A stretch of 44,570 nt of DNA, filler included, from Jimgerdemannia flammicorona (Eukaryota): the NCBI GenBank assembly GCA_003990765.1. It is 2 parts of 2 records of this genome, joined end to end, with 100 filler letters (N's around TTAATTAATTAA, not from the genome) between each part and the next. Parts side by side here need not be neighbours in the genome. Positions count along the whole stretch, not along the records: positions 1 to 22,238 come from RBNJ01001314.1; 1 more part is not named here. One strand, given 5' to 3'. Below, one piece after another: positions 1-13,154 of the stretch; position 1 is the stretch's first letter; each line of letters starts with the position of its first letter. The notes under the pieces were generated by a model that worked only from the letters and a program-made list of their open reading frames with translations, did not search any database and was not told where the DNA came from. The position numbers and the translations under genes are program-made.

Positions 1-29
1 AAAAGACCAAAAAAAAAAAAAAAAAAAAA
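1..29 (+). repeat. Poly(A) tract at the window edge, possibly the tail of a retroposon lying upstream
   Basis: A-run at 9-29. The other long A-runs in this window are retroposon tails, but the body is outside the window. Confidence 0.3.
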
Positions 30-331
30 GTGTGGAGAATGAGCCACACCTCAGAGAAAGAGCATGAATAGCTCTTTCAAGTAGAGCTGCAGAAAATGAG
101 GTATGAGAAAATGACATATGCAATTGCTGGCTAGATGTGCAGTACTAGATACACCATGCTGGATGTGCCTTACTAGATGTGGATGCACTATACCAGATGT
201 ACCTTACTGGATATAGATATACCTGATTGTCTCAAATTTGAGATATATTTATTGAAAAATTAATTCAGAGTTATTCCCTAAACTAATTCAACTTCTTCTG
301 CCCAATTTTGTATAATTACATTAAGCTGAAA

Positions 332-2860
332 TCAGAACACTGAGCTCCACCAGGATTTCAGACATATGTATACTTGAATGGTCTTGGCTTTAAGAGAGCA
401 TCTCCTTGATACAATAAGCTCTTTATCACCAGAAAACACCTGTTTAACTAGCATGCTTATTGTAAGAATAGTCAGATAATCTTTGGCCATATTGCTCAAA
501 TTAGGAAAGTCTATCTGATATTCCTACAAATTTAAAATATAGGGAATTTTTGAGCTAAAAACTAACAATATTTAATAAAAATAATTATGAAAATTCTTAT
601 CTTCTACTAATCTAATATACTAATACTCTCTAATAAGACTACTTAATCAGTAAACAGATATATTGTAAGCTCATATATTGAAGATTCTCTTTTTCTTTTT
701 TTACCATAAAGATGCTATATAATGGAATTATTTACATAATTATTCAAACTATAGTTAGAACCTAGTAGAGGTATATAGTTTTTCTGATATATATTGGTAA
801 TTGATTGCTCAACCTCCTCAATAAATTCTTTTTTCCAGCCTTGATCTTTATGATATTAATGATATTAGAGCTTTAATCATAGATCTATAACTGGTCAAAT
901 ATTGGAATTATAATCAAAATAATGAAATTTCTCATTTTAATTTGTAAAAAACAATACTTTACTCTCTGGTACTGACAGGAAATACAGAAGCACCTGTTTT
1001 TGAATAATATTTTTTAAGCTTCTTCAAAGCCACTTCAATAGCTTCCTTTTGCCTTAAGAAAGATATATCTATATTCTCCAATAAGTCTAGTAGATCTTCA
1101 AGTTGATCAATTAAAAGATTATATACTGGAATTGCAGAATATATTGTTGAAAAATTTTGCTGAACAACTTCTTTTATACATTCATTAAAATGCTATAGAA
1201 AAATAAAGAGTAAAAGTACAAAGAAAGATAAGTAAAGTAAGACTAAATCTGAAAAAATACTAATAAATACCTTTTTATTCATCTTTATAACTTAAACAAC
1301 TTCCCTCAATTTTGCCCACTCATTCTCTTCAATTACCATATCATGCATATCTTTATCAGTAGCAGCTGTAGAATCTAGTACCTAAATTATATATATTTGA
1401 ATAAGTTAATGTTAATTAATAAGTTAAATCCTATTCTATAATATTATTATTAATAATCTACATACTACAGTAAGTATTTGTACTCATTCAATCATTTCGA
1501 ATATTGAATTCCAATATGTACTGATATCTAAAATAAGTTCTTTTGGATTGAGAGAGATTGCTTTACACTATTCAGCAAGTTTTTTTTCACCATAGTAGTG
1601 ATAATTGAATTGTAACAATCAATTTGTATAACTTTGAAATAGTATTAGAGATTTTACTAGTTTCACTCCAGTCACTAAATAGTTGTGTGAGATAATCTTG
1701 AGTAGCAAGATTCAGAATATGGGCTTGATACTGTATATGGTTGTTAGTATCAAAGATTATATTTTCTTATTGAAGTTTTATTACTAAAATATGGAGAAAT
1801 GTGATATTATTGGAGGCATTATCTGTTATAATGGCCAATATCTGTATTTCAAATTTTTAATATATAAAATTATATAGAAAGTAGTTAATAATTAAAAGTA
1901 AAAAGACTTTTTTTTTTTTTTTTTCTTTTTATATTAGTTTAAAATAAAAAACTCCTATATCTTATAATTCCAAGCTTGTGAATATAGTTTATAAATACTT
2001 CTGTAATATTTTCTCTAGAGTGAGAACTCTCAAGCTTTATGAAGTCAAGAGTAAGAGCTTCAAGCTACCAATTGGAATCAATTCAATATCCAGTAATACC
2101 AAGAAATAAAATAATATTGGGAGATATCCAGACATTAATCAAAAAGGAAATTTTACCCATAATACTCCATAGTAAAATTTAAAATATAATTAGTAATTAT
2201 AATTAATTCATTAACATTAATAGAGATTATTATATTCTTTTTATAAGCCTCCATAATATCATTATGAATAGTATCAGCACTTGGGGTATGTAAATCAGGC
2301 TTGAGAAGACCAAAGAGACTTTATAAAGAAGTACTCTGAATTGCTGTAAATGGTTGATCATTACATATAATCCAATGAATAAGTTAATTATATAAATTTT
2401 GGGGGGTTTTTTTTAAGTATAAAAGATATATTTTCAAATTTATACTAAAATAAAAAAGAGATGACCTACTTACCATAGCTGGAATATCAATTTTATTAAT
2501 ACTATATTTAACTCCATTTTATTTAAATATTAGGTGTTTATATACTTTATCATATTTGTTATAAAACTACTATATATTTTATATTTCTACCTATATTTTA
2601 AAATTTTTATATTTATATCAAATAAACTATAAATATATTCAATATAATTATAAGTTTTATTATTTTTTTTAAAAAAGAAAAAAAAAAAATTATCTATAAT
2701 ACTTGTAAGTAATTTCATTTTCCCCAGTTTGGTACAGTGTTGCCAAACTTTAGAATGAGGAGTATAATATGAAATATTATTTAAAGAAGAAGTCTGATAT
2801 AAAGTATTACTAGTATTAGAAAATACTGATAACTGATCTGTAGATATTGATATTGATATA
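332..2860 (-). pseudogene. Intron-containing hAT transposase pseudogene
   Basis: Manual minus-strand translation: NVWISPN (~2115-2138, decayed DxWTS), TDNASNN (~1808-1828), HIQYQAHILNL (~1710-1741, CxxH region), DISTYWNS (~1505-1530, TRWNS), and C-terminal FPNLSNMAKDYLTILTISMLVKQVFS...CLKSWW (332-523, hAT dimerization domain). Many stops. Start approximate. Confidence 0.9.
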
Positions 2861-2890
2861 GTATATATGTAGATATATATATATATATAT

Positions 2891-4178
2891 TGTAACATAC
2901 CTGGCTCAATAGAGGCAAATTACAAGGTTGAAGGTTAATGTAGTTTGGCTTGAGCCCTCAGTTACTTTGTCAAAAAGCAATAAAATGTTCTAAGATTCTT
3001 GAGGTCCTTGGTGTTTAGTGGTATAATAGTCAAAACTAGATATCTGCAAGTAATTTGTGTGTCAATTTCCTAATTGGCACAGTTCTCTGGATGTAGCAGT
3101 GATTTATATGTCTTTTCCTTCTTAGGTCAACTAGAAATTGATAGAATTTCATATATAGCACAATGATCTCCAGAAGTATGCAATTTCTAGCATAATGATC
3201 TTATGTAGTATGACAATTTCCAAAAGTATGTGATTTCTGGTAGATAGCTTGATTTGGCATGGCTTCTCCTGAATCAGCAGACTTCTGGAAATAATAATTC
3301 AGGTGGCACAGATAATTCAAATAACTGGGAACAATACTAGTGGCAGGTAACTCAATAACTCAGACTCACTGACAACCACAAATAACTTTGATGATATAGA
3401 AACTCAGATGGTATGAAATGGGCTTTTCTGGGAATATGGATAACTTGAAAACAGTGGATGATACAGATTCTTTCTAAATCAGCAGCTCTCTGGGAATACT
3501 ACTTGAGTGGTGCAGATTCTTCCTAAATTGGTAGCTTCAACTGAGAAATAACTCAGATTCTTGGCAAGTTACATCTAGACAGACTTCATTTGCATGAATA
3601 GATCACTGCAAAGTTGCATCAAGAGACTGGCTTGTGGCAAGAAAGGTGGGCTCTCTGGAAATATAGCAAATAACTTGGAAATGGCAGCAAAGTTCTTTCT
3701 TGAACTTAGTGGCAAACTTCAGGCTTATCTGACAAGCAAATCAATCAATCTTTATATTGGAAAGTGGACCAGAGTAGAAAAGAGAACCAATGCTTACAAT
3801 CTCCTAGCAGTGACTATAGAGCAGGCATTTCTCCTAAGTGTTGCAATTCTTCCAGGATCAAGTGGCTTTTGGTAGGTGATATATCTCTCAAAGTATAATA
3901 GTCAGACTTGTCTTTTACTTTAAATTCAGACTTTTTGAACTGAGGTTTTTTCACTATTGTCTCTAGGTAATTTATATATTGTAGTTGCTATCTGGTTGCT
4001 ATATGGCTAATTATAGATTACTATCTATGGCAAGTATATAGGTCTTACACAGGTGTACTTTATCTGGTAGTCTGGCTATTTATATAGCTTTCCATAGCAA
4101 TGGTCGCTGGTTACTATGCTATGTATTCACATCATCTGGCTAAGTTATAATTTGGGTGATACATTCTAGTTTATCACA
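2891..4178. mobile_element. Probable solo LTR (~1.29 kb) inserted into an (AT)n tract of hAT copy 1
   Basis: Starts TGTAAC and ends TATCACA (TG...CA). Flanked by ATAT(AT) on both sides. Absent from the homologous stretch of hAT copy 2 (~21680-21750). Confidence 0.7.
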
Positions 4179-4509
4179 ATATATATATATTTATATTTGT
4201 ATTTGTGAATATACCCATGAATATATTTCTCTCACATTCCTCTATTTACACATATAAGTAAATTATATTATAAGTTTTATTTATTCATAGGATTCAAATC
4301 AGATGATTTAAATCTAGCTGAGATTCAAATTTGATAATTTGAATTCCATGATTTGAATTCAGTAATTCAAATTCAGTAATTCAAATTTAGTAATATGAAT
4401 TACCAGTTTAGAGATTTAGATCAGAGCAGTCACAATTTGAATCAGTTTGAATCAGGAATAGTTATAATTTGAACTGGTTTGAACTGACTCATTCAGAGTA
4501 CTAGCAATA

Positions 4510-4960
4510 GGGGCAAGATAGACAAGACAGTAAGACAGTAAGATGGCAAGACAGTAAGATGACAAGACAGACAAGATGACAAGATGATAAGATAGGCAAG
4601 ATAGACAAGACAGACAAAATGGGTGAGATGGACAAGACAGGTAAGATAGACAAGATGGTAAGATGGCAAGATGGGTAATATAGATAAGATAGGCAAAATA
4701 GACAAAAAAGGCAATATAGGCAAGATGGGCAACAGGAGCTAGATGTAAGACAGGCAAGATAGCAAGACCAGTAAGACAGATAAGATGAGTAAGATGAACA
4801 AGACAGATAAGATGGGCAAGATAGACAAGATAGTAAGATGGCAAGATAGACAAGATAGACAAAATAGATAAGATAGATAAAATGGCAAAATAGATAAGAT
4901 AGACAAGACAGGCAAGATAGGAAAAACATATAAGATAGGCAAGATAGGTAAGATAGGTAA
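4510..4960. repeat. 9-10 bp minisatellite (G(G/A)CAAGA(T/C)(A/G)G), left part
   Basis: Tandem gacaagata/ggcaagatg/gacaagaca units. Source of the LSCLSCL/ILPIL-type spurious ORFs. Continues at 17241 beyond the Gypsy insertion. Confidence 0.95.
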
Positions 4961-7021
4961 TGTAAGAGGGTTGCTTTTTAGGGTAACCATTACATAGTTC
5001 TGGAAGGGTTTTCTGGAAGTTCTGGATATTCTGGAAGACTATTTTCTTATGGTCAAGATCAATTTTGTATTGAGTATGTCCTCAATGCTTATTGATTTCA
5101 AGATCGGGTTGATGTCTCAACCAAGGTCCTTTTTCGAACTAGTTCTGAATATTCAGGATTTTCTATATTTCCGAAAGTTTAAGAAACTAAGACCGGCTTA
5201 ATTGAATTGGCGTATCACTGTGACAATACCCAATTAGGAAATTTCGTGACAGGGTTAGGAGTGGGACCTAACAGAGAGTGAATTTGCTTAAGAGTGGTTT
5301 GTGGGTTATTAAATAGGTTTATTCGCTATTCATAATATTGCTATACTAGGAGTAGTTATGTGAAGGGGTAGTGTGGGGAAGTGCTCAGGAGTTGTGTTCA
5401 GATTGTTCAGGTCTGAGATTCTGAGGTCTGAGGGAGGGGGTATTTATACTAGTAAGGGGCTATCTGGACTATACTAAATGTAGATGTAGCACTTAGTGCC
5501 TTACAGAGTCAGAATATAGTCATATAGTACAAGTGTGATCTGATATGTCAAGAGATCGTCTAACTGCTGAGTCAGTTCACAGTCACGTCGTATAATGCTA
5601 ATCTAACTATACTATGACTGCTAAGCTATTTATAGTTTTAGACACTATCTGGGTAGTCTTCGATGATATCACCATTGATGACATCATCTCTGATAAAGTA
5701 GTTTTCTAGAAAAAGTAGTTTGCGGATTACTTCTCCTTATTCACTGAGGTAATAATATATTGGGACTTCATCACTATCTCACAGGATAGCATCATCTATC
5801 TCATATGCTGGATAAGGTATTGGTGGGTGAAGGAGTGGTGCATCGTCTTTGCTATCATCAGATTTGCTGTCTGCATACCTTCTATAAGTTACTGTACTAT
5901 GAGTTGTAGGGTTATAGTAAGCTAGTGGTTGTAGTTCATGTTGCTCATACTTAGGTGGTGGAGTTGCTGGTTCGATGTCGAGGGTTGTCTGAAGGTACAG
6001 GTTATATTCTCCAGTCTCTTCATTATAATTGAAGTAATTGGGAGCAAACGTGGGTTGGTATTCATACTAGTGGTCATTGTCCCAATAAGTCTTGTATGCA
6101 GTTATAAACTGTTGTAAGTTCATTGGCAAGGTTGGCGGCATGACCAGAGTTGGTAGAGATCTGTGGCTTGAGGTCATATTGGCATCAGAGGGATCATTGT
6201 CTTCTGCTTCATCTTTGTCGAGGTGGATTATATCGTAGATGTCCTTCATGACATATCCAACTTGGAGCATTTGCAGGATATAGTCGTTAGGGTGCAGGAA
6301 GGTTCTGTCTGTAGTTTTAACATACTCAAGGTACTTGTAGTTGAGTTCTTATATTATGTCATCGATTTGGCCATAAGACAGGGTAGCAATCATTTCGCTG
6401 GTAGTGACTCAGAGGTAGGGAATAAAGGTGCTATACTCATAAAAGAGTTCTCAGTGTTTGCAGGCAATAAGTTTCTAGTGTTGAGACATCTGGATAATGT
6501 CTGTATCATAGTGGCATTTGACAATATCTTCCAGGAGGCAGCCGATCTGGTAGTAGCTTGAGATTTGTCTGATCTGGTAGGTCTCATTAAGCATGTTCAG
6601 AGCATTCCATCGAGCTTCCACAAAGTAGAGGGGTACTAGGCTATGGATATTCATGGGAGGCAGAGGGGGTGTAGCTTAGTTGACAATGGTATTCCAAATG
6701 TCAGTACAGATATAGTTGTAGATCTTGGTGGTCATATTTGTGTGTTTGGAAATTGTGGTTGTTGTTTGTTTTGGTTCTGCTTTGACACGTCTCGGTGCTT
6801 GGTATATATGCAATTGGTCCTGATTGGTAAGATTCTGTTTGTGTGAATCTTGTATTCCATGACTTCGTGTTGACTTAGCTTTGTGTGTTGTGACTTCGGT
6901 TTGACTCAGCTTTGTAATCTTGCAGATGATTTCCAGATTTGTTCAGAGATCGCAGGTGATTTTAGTAGCTTATTCAGAGGGTAACATGTGATTTCAGTGA
7001 CTTGGAGGTTGTATGCTTACA
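4961..7021 (-). repeat. 3' LTR (2061 bp)
   Basis: TGTAAG...CTTACA inverted termini, colinear with 15181-17240. First 60 nt differ at 4 sites, all transitions. Minus-strand TATAAA at 5443-5448 and AATAAA at 5318-5323. Confidence 0.97.
5638..6735 (-). pseudogene. LTR(U3)-encoded ORF of unknown function, 3' LTR copy (366 codons, no frameshift, several stops)
   Basis: ATG at 6735 to TAA at 5638 is 1098 nt in one frame. Most internal stops are sense codons in the other LTR or fit C>T changes. Includes track ORF 6067-6270. Confidence 0.8.
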
Positions 7022-7035
7022 ACTCTCCCCTTCTT
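7022..7035 (-). other. Polypurine tract
   Basis: AAGAAGGGGAGAGT on the minus strand, directly abutting the 3' LTR. Same motif at 18202-18215 in the related element. Confidence 0.9.
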
Positions 7036-8741
7036 AGCTTTTGATGTCCTTGTCAGGGCTTTCTAATTTGTTCTAGTGTTGTTACACCATTTGGGAGGTC
7101 AAAAGTCCAGTGAAGTCCATTTCTCTCAGAAAGTGGCATGCTCGTAGTACAGTTACCTAACACGTTGGATTTACACATTAAAGGGTCATGTGTTCAATGC
7201 TGTATGCCAGAAGTGATTCTGATGTCATTCACTACTGGAGAATTTCCTCTAAGGAATCTTCTTAAATGTCTATGCCTCGTTTTCCACCAGTGGTATGGGG
7301 AGAATAGGCTTGCTTTCAGTTTTGCTATTTTTCTAGAGGATCAGTATTCTTTTGTCTTGTCTTGCTGAGTTCTTGATTTTGTTCATGATAATTATAGTGT
7401 TCAGGAGGGTAATATATAGTATGTACTGATAGATATTGGAGTATTCAGATTTCAGTTGTTTAAGGAATCATATTCCTGAACTAAGTTGGTAGCATTCTGG
7501 AGGTTGGTCTTGGGTTCCCATGTTGTATCATGGATCAGATAACCTTTCCATTTGACAAGATACTCAAGGTGGTTCTTGTGACCATATTTGTTAAGAATTT
7601 GTTCAACTTTGTACTCTTCTTGATCATTAATAATGATGGGTGCAGGTGGTTTCATGGTTCAGTTTGAGAATAGTTCTTCATCATTCTCATTATATTGCTT
7701 GAGACATTGGACATTGAAGACTGGGTGAATCTTAATAGTATCTGGTAGTGCCAATTTGTAGGAGGTCAGAGAGACTTGTGCAATGACTTTGAATGGTCCA
7801 ATGAACTTGCTGTTCAGCTTTATAGATGGTCTGTGTTTGAGGTTGTCAACTCGGTATCCTCAGATATCTAGTAGAACTTTTTCTCTAATATCGAAAGTTT
7901 CTTCTCAGCAGTATTAGTTAACATACTGTGACTGTTGTTCTTGAGCTCGCAATAAGTTCTCGATTGCGATCTGGCTTAGATTATGCATTTGGAGCAAGAA
8001 TTCTTCAATAGCTTCGACTGTGGAAGGTTCATCAGTAGTTCGGATAAGTGTCAGAGGAGTGTTTGGATTTTGTCCAGTGTTGGCGAAGAATGGGGTCATT
8101 TGAAGAGAGGCTTGCTTGCTGTTGTTATAGGCAAACTCAATTGCAGTGAGATGTTCATACCAATCATCTTGTCTGTAGGAAATATAGTTCCTTTGCATTT
8201 GTTCCAGAGTTCGGTTCATTCTTTTGGTTTGGCCATCAGTTTCAGAGTGAAAGGCAGGGGATAGTGCAAGTTTTGTTCCAAGATATGCATGGAGGGCTTT
8301 CTAAAAATAGCTGGTGAATTTCGGATCTTGGTCACTAACAATGATCTTAGGAAGACTATGATAGTGGAAGATGTTGTCAAACAAGAGTGTGGCTATGTCT
8401 GGTGCTGTTGCAGTAGTGATAGTAGGTACAAAGTGGGCTTATTTGCTGAGGTAGTCTACAAAGACAACAATTGCATCTTTTCCATTCTTAGTTCAAGGTA
8501 GTTGTATAATGAAGTCCATAGAGATTTGTTCCCAATTAGCAGATGGTACTGGGATAGGGTGGAGTAGACCAGGTTTTGCTAGTGTTGAGGACTTGTTGTA
8601 TTGGCAGGCATCACAGGAAGTGATGTAGGTCTTGAGCTGATCTGCCATGCAGGGCCAATAGAAGTTTCGGGAGATAACTTCATAGCATTTGTCAAATTCT
8701 AAATGTCCAGCTGTAGGTACATTATGATATTTGAATAGGAT

Positions 8742-10339
8742 CGGGCTGGGCTCCCTGGTGGATGTGGGGGAGTTACAGAGGTCTGTGGAATGGTATGAGA
8801 GGGGCTCTGGGGCTAGGCTGAACTGGCACAAGTGTGAGACTCTAGTGCTAGGTGCTGGGATTGTTGGTGGCAAGGTCATTGGGACAGTGGTACCAGCTGG
8901 AGAACCAGTGCGATATTTGGGGATCTACTTCTTGGTGTTCAGGTCTCTTCTTCCCTGAGTGTGGTGGGATCGTAAATTGTTAGAGTGGGAAAATGTTCTG
9001 CTGTGCTGGGGAGGCTGGCATATGTCCCTAGCTGGAAGGGTAATGGTGCTGAATGTGTATTGGATGCCGAAGCTGTGGTACATTGGTTATCATTTGGATT
9101 TCCCAACCTGGGTGGTCAAGGGGCTGTTGAAGATGGCGAGGTCATGGATCTGGGGAGGGAGGCAGAGCCAGGTCGGTTGGGAGGTGCTCACACTGCCCTT
9201 GAAAAGAGGTGGGCTAGGCTTAGTGGACTTTCCTAAGCAGCTCCTATGCCTTAGAGCTTGGTGGTTGAGAAGAGCAAGAGAGCTTCATGGTCGGGAGTGG
9301 GTGCTACTCATACAGCAATTGTGGGAGGTTCGGTACTCCCCACATGGTGACTCGGGTGATCTGCTCGTAATGGTGGCCATGGAGGGGAGTGGGAGGATGT
9401 GGTTTACGGGCTTCTGGTGGGGGGTGGTGGATAGCGCGAAGAAGATTGGACTTCAGTGGCGAGGTGATGAAGCTGAGGAGGATTGGGGACCACAGATGTG
9501 GCGGTGGGACAGGTTGTTACTGGGTGGTGTCCTGGTGGAGGACTTTAAGCTTGGTGAGGGTCTGGAGTATCTGCGAGGCCTAGGTGGAGACCTGTGGCCT
9601 GAAGCCTGGCAGAGAGTCGGAATTGGTGAGGAGTGGGACTGGAATGGAATCTGGCTCTAGAGCAAAAGGGTGAGGCAGTGGCTGCCCCCCAAGTTCTGAG
9701 TGATATGGTGGCATGTCCTGCGGAGGAATGTGATGTTGAACTATAGGTCTGGGCACTTGGTGGATGGTGGAGGATTCAAGTGTGAGGAGTGTTTCAATGT
9801 TGGCCAGGAGGGAGGTGTGTTACAAATGCCTGAACATTGGCTTGGCAAGTGTGAGGTTTTGGAAGATTATTGGAGAGGTATTAGGAGCCGGGTGGGGCAG
9901 AGTGCTCTGGAGGGAGAGAGAGGGGGGAGATGGGGAGAGCTCTGCCAGCGGCTGGTGGGGGGAGTTGGGGATGAGTGGCTGACCCTTGGGTGGGCCTTGG
10001 CTATATGGGTCGAGTTGACTGGACATTGGGTTCATGTCTTTGAGGAAGGGCATCGGGTTGGGGTTGGGGACAAGTTGGCACATTGGGAATGGTTGCTTTT
10101 GGACATTATGAATGGATGGTGGCAGGGTTGGGGGCTGGGTGGAGGGCACCGCAGGGGGCTGGTAAGGTGCATCTCTCAGAAGAGTGGTGGAAGGATTCGG
10201 GTTGTGGGTGGTCAGATAGTGCTCAGACAGGGAGAGATCGAAGGGGGAGGCCTGGGCCCATGGGGCATCGGTTGAAGGGGAGAGCGACATTGTATTATTA
10301 GTACTATAGACTTCGGTAATAAAGGGCAGTCCAAGTGAC

Positions 10340-10370
<31 letters not shown>
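8742..10370 (+). mobile_element. 5'-truncated L1/Tx1-like LINE (family A) inserted in the Gypsy integrase zinc-binding region
   Basis: RT C-terminal motifs YLGIY and SLAGRVMVLN...PKLWY, GGLGL, zf-RVT-like CEEC...HWLGKC; AATAAA then poly(A) to 10370. TSD atgatatttgaataggat (8724-8741) vs atgacatttgaattggat (10371-10388), 2 mismatches. Confidence 0.95.
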
Positions 10371-10373
<3 letters not shown>

Positions 10374-12743
10374 ACATTTGAATTGGATAGTCCTTTGGAG
10401 GTCTCAGTTGTTTGGGACATATAGTCTGTCCTTGTAGTAGATAGCATTGTCCTTGAGTTGGTATTGATGGTATCAGTATGCTTATCAGTATCGTCACTAT
10501 TCAGGATTTCTCAGAGTACTTGAGCTTCCTTATCATCAGCATATACTGTGATAATTTGTTCTATGATAGAGTTTGTAGCCAAGGTGAGGGTTTGGATAAC
10601 TTCTTCGATTGGTGGTCTGGAGATTGCATCAGCAACAATGTTTTCCTTGCCAGGGTGATACTGGATTTCATAGTCAAAGTTGGTGAGGACTTTCATCTAT
10701 CTGGCTTGCTTTCAAGAAAGAGTAGCCTGGGTCTTGATATTGACTAATGATTTGTGGTCAGTCAATATAGTAAAGTGTGCTCCTTCTAGATATGGTCACC
10801 ATTTGATCAGAGTGTCTACAATGGCTAGCATTTCCTTCTCATGGGTTACATAGTTAATTTCGGCATCATTGAACTTGTGGGAGTGATAGGCTACAGGGTG
10901 TCCTTCTTGTATAAGTATGGCTCCAAGGGCTAGGTCAGAGGCATCAGTGGTAACTTCATATGGCAGTGCAGGGTTTGCCGCTTGAAGTACTAGAGTGGTT
11001 ATCAGGGCATCCTTTAGTACTTGAAAGGCAGTATCTTGCTCAGGTCCCCAATTTACAAGATTGTTGAAGTCTTTTTCTTATTTCGTGGTCCAGGGTTGTT
11101 CTTCTTTCTTGCTATACTTGGTCATTTGAGTGAGGGCAGTAGTGATTTTAGCAAAGTTGGCAACAAATCACCTGTAATAGTTTGCTAATCTCAGGAATAA
11201 CTGGAGGTCTTTCAGTTTCTTAGGTCTGGGCCAGTCCTTGATTGTGGAGATTTTTCTAAGGTTCATCTTGATTCCATTTGGTGTAACAATATGTCCAAGG
11301 AATTGAATTTCCTTCAGGAGAAATTCACACTTACTGAGTTTTGTGAAGAGTCAGTTTTCTTGGAGTTTCAGTAGTACTAGTTCAAGGTGTTCAAGATGTT
11401 CCTCCAGAGTTTTGCTGAAGACTAGGATGTCATCAATGTAGACAACAACAAATTTGTCCAAGTATGGGTGCAGGAGAGTGTTCATCAGTGTCTGGAATAT
11501 TGCAGGAGCATTAGTTAAGCCAAAGGGCATAATCAGGAATTCGAAATGTCCATAGCAAGTCCAGAAGGCTGTCTTGTAGATGTCTTCTTCTTTCATGGCA
11601 ATTTGCCAGTAACCATTTTATAGGTCAAAAGAGCTCATGAATTGTGGGTTGGTAAGCCTATCGAATATTTCATCAATTCTTAGTAGTGGGCAACAGTTCT
11701 TGATGGTCTGTTCATTGAGGTCTCAGTAATCAATGCACATTTGCAGGTCTCCTTCTTTCTTGACAACAAAGAGAACTGGTGCACCATAGGGTGATACACT
11801 GGGTCTGATGAACTCTTGTTCTAGGAGGTCATCAATTTCCTTCTTGAGTACATCAATTTCTCTCAGAGACATATGATAGATTGACTTGAAGGCTGGTTTG
11901 GCATCTGGGATAGTCTTGATCGCATAGTCTACTGCTCGTTTGGGAGGTAGGCCTTTCGGGAGCTTCTTTGGGAATATGACTCAGAATTTCTGGAGTAGAG
12001 GTCTGATATGGCTGTCAACTTTGGAAAAATCTTCTTCAGAGTTCTCGGGTTCTCCTTTGGATGGGAAGATGGAGATAGCAAAGAGAGGGCATTTCTTGGC
12101 CAAATTCTTGAGTTGTAGCTTATTGATGTGGTCTAGGATCGCTAGAACTGAGTGGGTCTTTTTCACCTTGCAGTTTGAAGTTGTGGCATCCTTTCTTGAT
12201 GATCAGAGAATAGTTTACCCAATCAATCATGGGGTTCTCCTGTTTCAACCATAGAGTTTCAAGAATGATCTCATTGTCAGAAAGTGGTACAATTTGGAGA
12301 GTAATATATACTCGATAGTCATCAATTTGGAAGGGCAGATTGTGGACTTCTTTGCTAATAATATATGAGGTTCTGTCAGCTGTGGCAACTGCTTGAGTTT
12401 GTTGTACCAGAGAGGTAAAAACCTTGAGTCTGTTGGCTGTTTCCTCATTGATAAAGTTGCCTGAGGCACCACTGTCTATTATAATCTTGACAGGTACTCG
12501 ATTGACAAAAGCTTTAAGTATAAGCAGTTTGTCTAATTTAATGGTAGTGATTTTAGTTATAGGAGCTTTCCTTCTGTTGGTTCTTCTTTAAGCCAGTTTG
12601 TTGATACAAGAGAAGTAATCATCAATTATTCGGAAAGAGTACATTCCAATACCATGGGGGCATCGGCCACTTGGTACATATCCGTCTTCAATCTTCTTGT
12701 AGAATTGTTCTTCCTTGTTCATAGTAGGTTGGGCTGGCACCTT

Positions 12744-13154
12744 GTTTGATGAGCCAAATCCTTTAGATCCTCAGATAGTGGGCAGTAGTTCAGGAACTTC
12801 CTTGACTGTCAGAGTCGACTCAATTTTTTTGAATAGAATCTGGGCAATACAGAAACCAATAGGGATCTTGAAGGGTGTCCAACTGTGGTTTCGGATGAGG
12901 ACAATAATTTCGCCTGTATAATCCTTGTCAATGACTCCCTCTTCTACTAAGAGTTCTTTCAATACTAGACTGCTATGACAGCATATTCTTCTAACATGTC
13001 CTTCAGGGATTTGGATACTGATTCCTGTGTAGACTTGCTTGACTTCTCGGTTGGAAACTGTAGCTTCTTCGGCTGCATATAGGTCATATCCAACTGCCTT
13101 TTGACTTCCTTTAGTTGGGACCTTGGCATTTTGCCTTAACTTGACAAAGTCTAG
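12744..13154 (-). pseudogene. dut: Trimeric dUTPase domain within the Gypsy polyprotein
   Basis: Translation LDFVKL...AVGYDLYAA...TGISIQIPEGHVRRICCHSSL...GVIDKDYTGEI...CIAQILF...(TGA for R)GSKGFGSS shows all five dUTPase motifs in order. Confidence 0.95.

Larger units (their letters stand above)
30..4503 (-). mobile_element. hAT DNA transposon, copy 1 (decayed; 5' terminus at 4503, 3' terminus not identified)
   Basis: Minus-strand end TAGTACTCTGAATGAGTCAGTTCAAACCAGTTCAAA matches the plus-strand start of copy 2 at 21299. Dense TTCAAAT/GATTTGAA subterminal repeats at ~4290-4480 and ~17-bp repeats at ~130-220. Contains transposase remnants. Left boundary approximate. Confidence 0.85.

Noticed and set aside
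2587..2898. 103-aa ORF
   Set aside because: Runs through AT microsatellite and poly-T/A intron sequence of the decayed hAT; not an independent gene.
4452..4990. Cys/Leu-rich ORFs (LSCLSCL, ILPIL), also at 17189-17523
   Set aside because: Translations of the minisatellite in several frames.
9820..10290. Pro-rich 156-aa minus-strand ORF
   Set aside because: Antisense shadow of the G-rich LINE ORF2; the same applies to 22428-22694 and 20473-20841.
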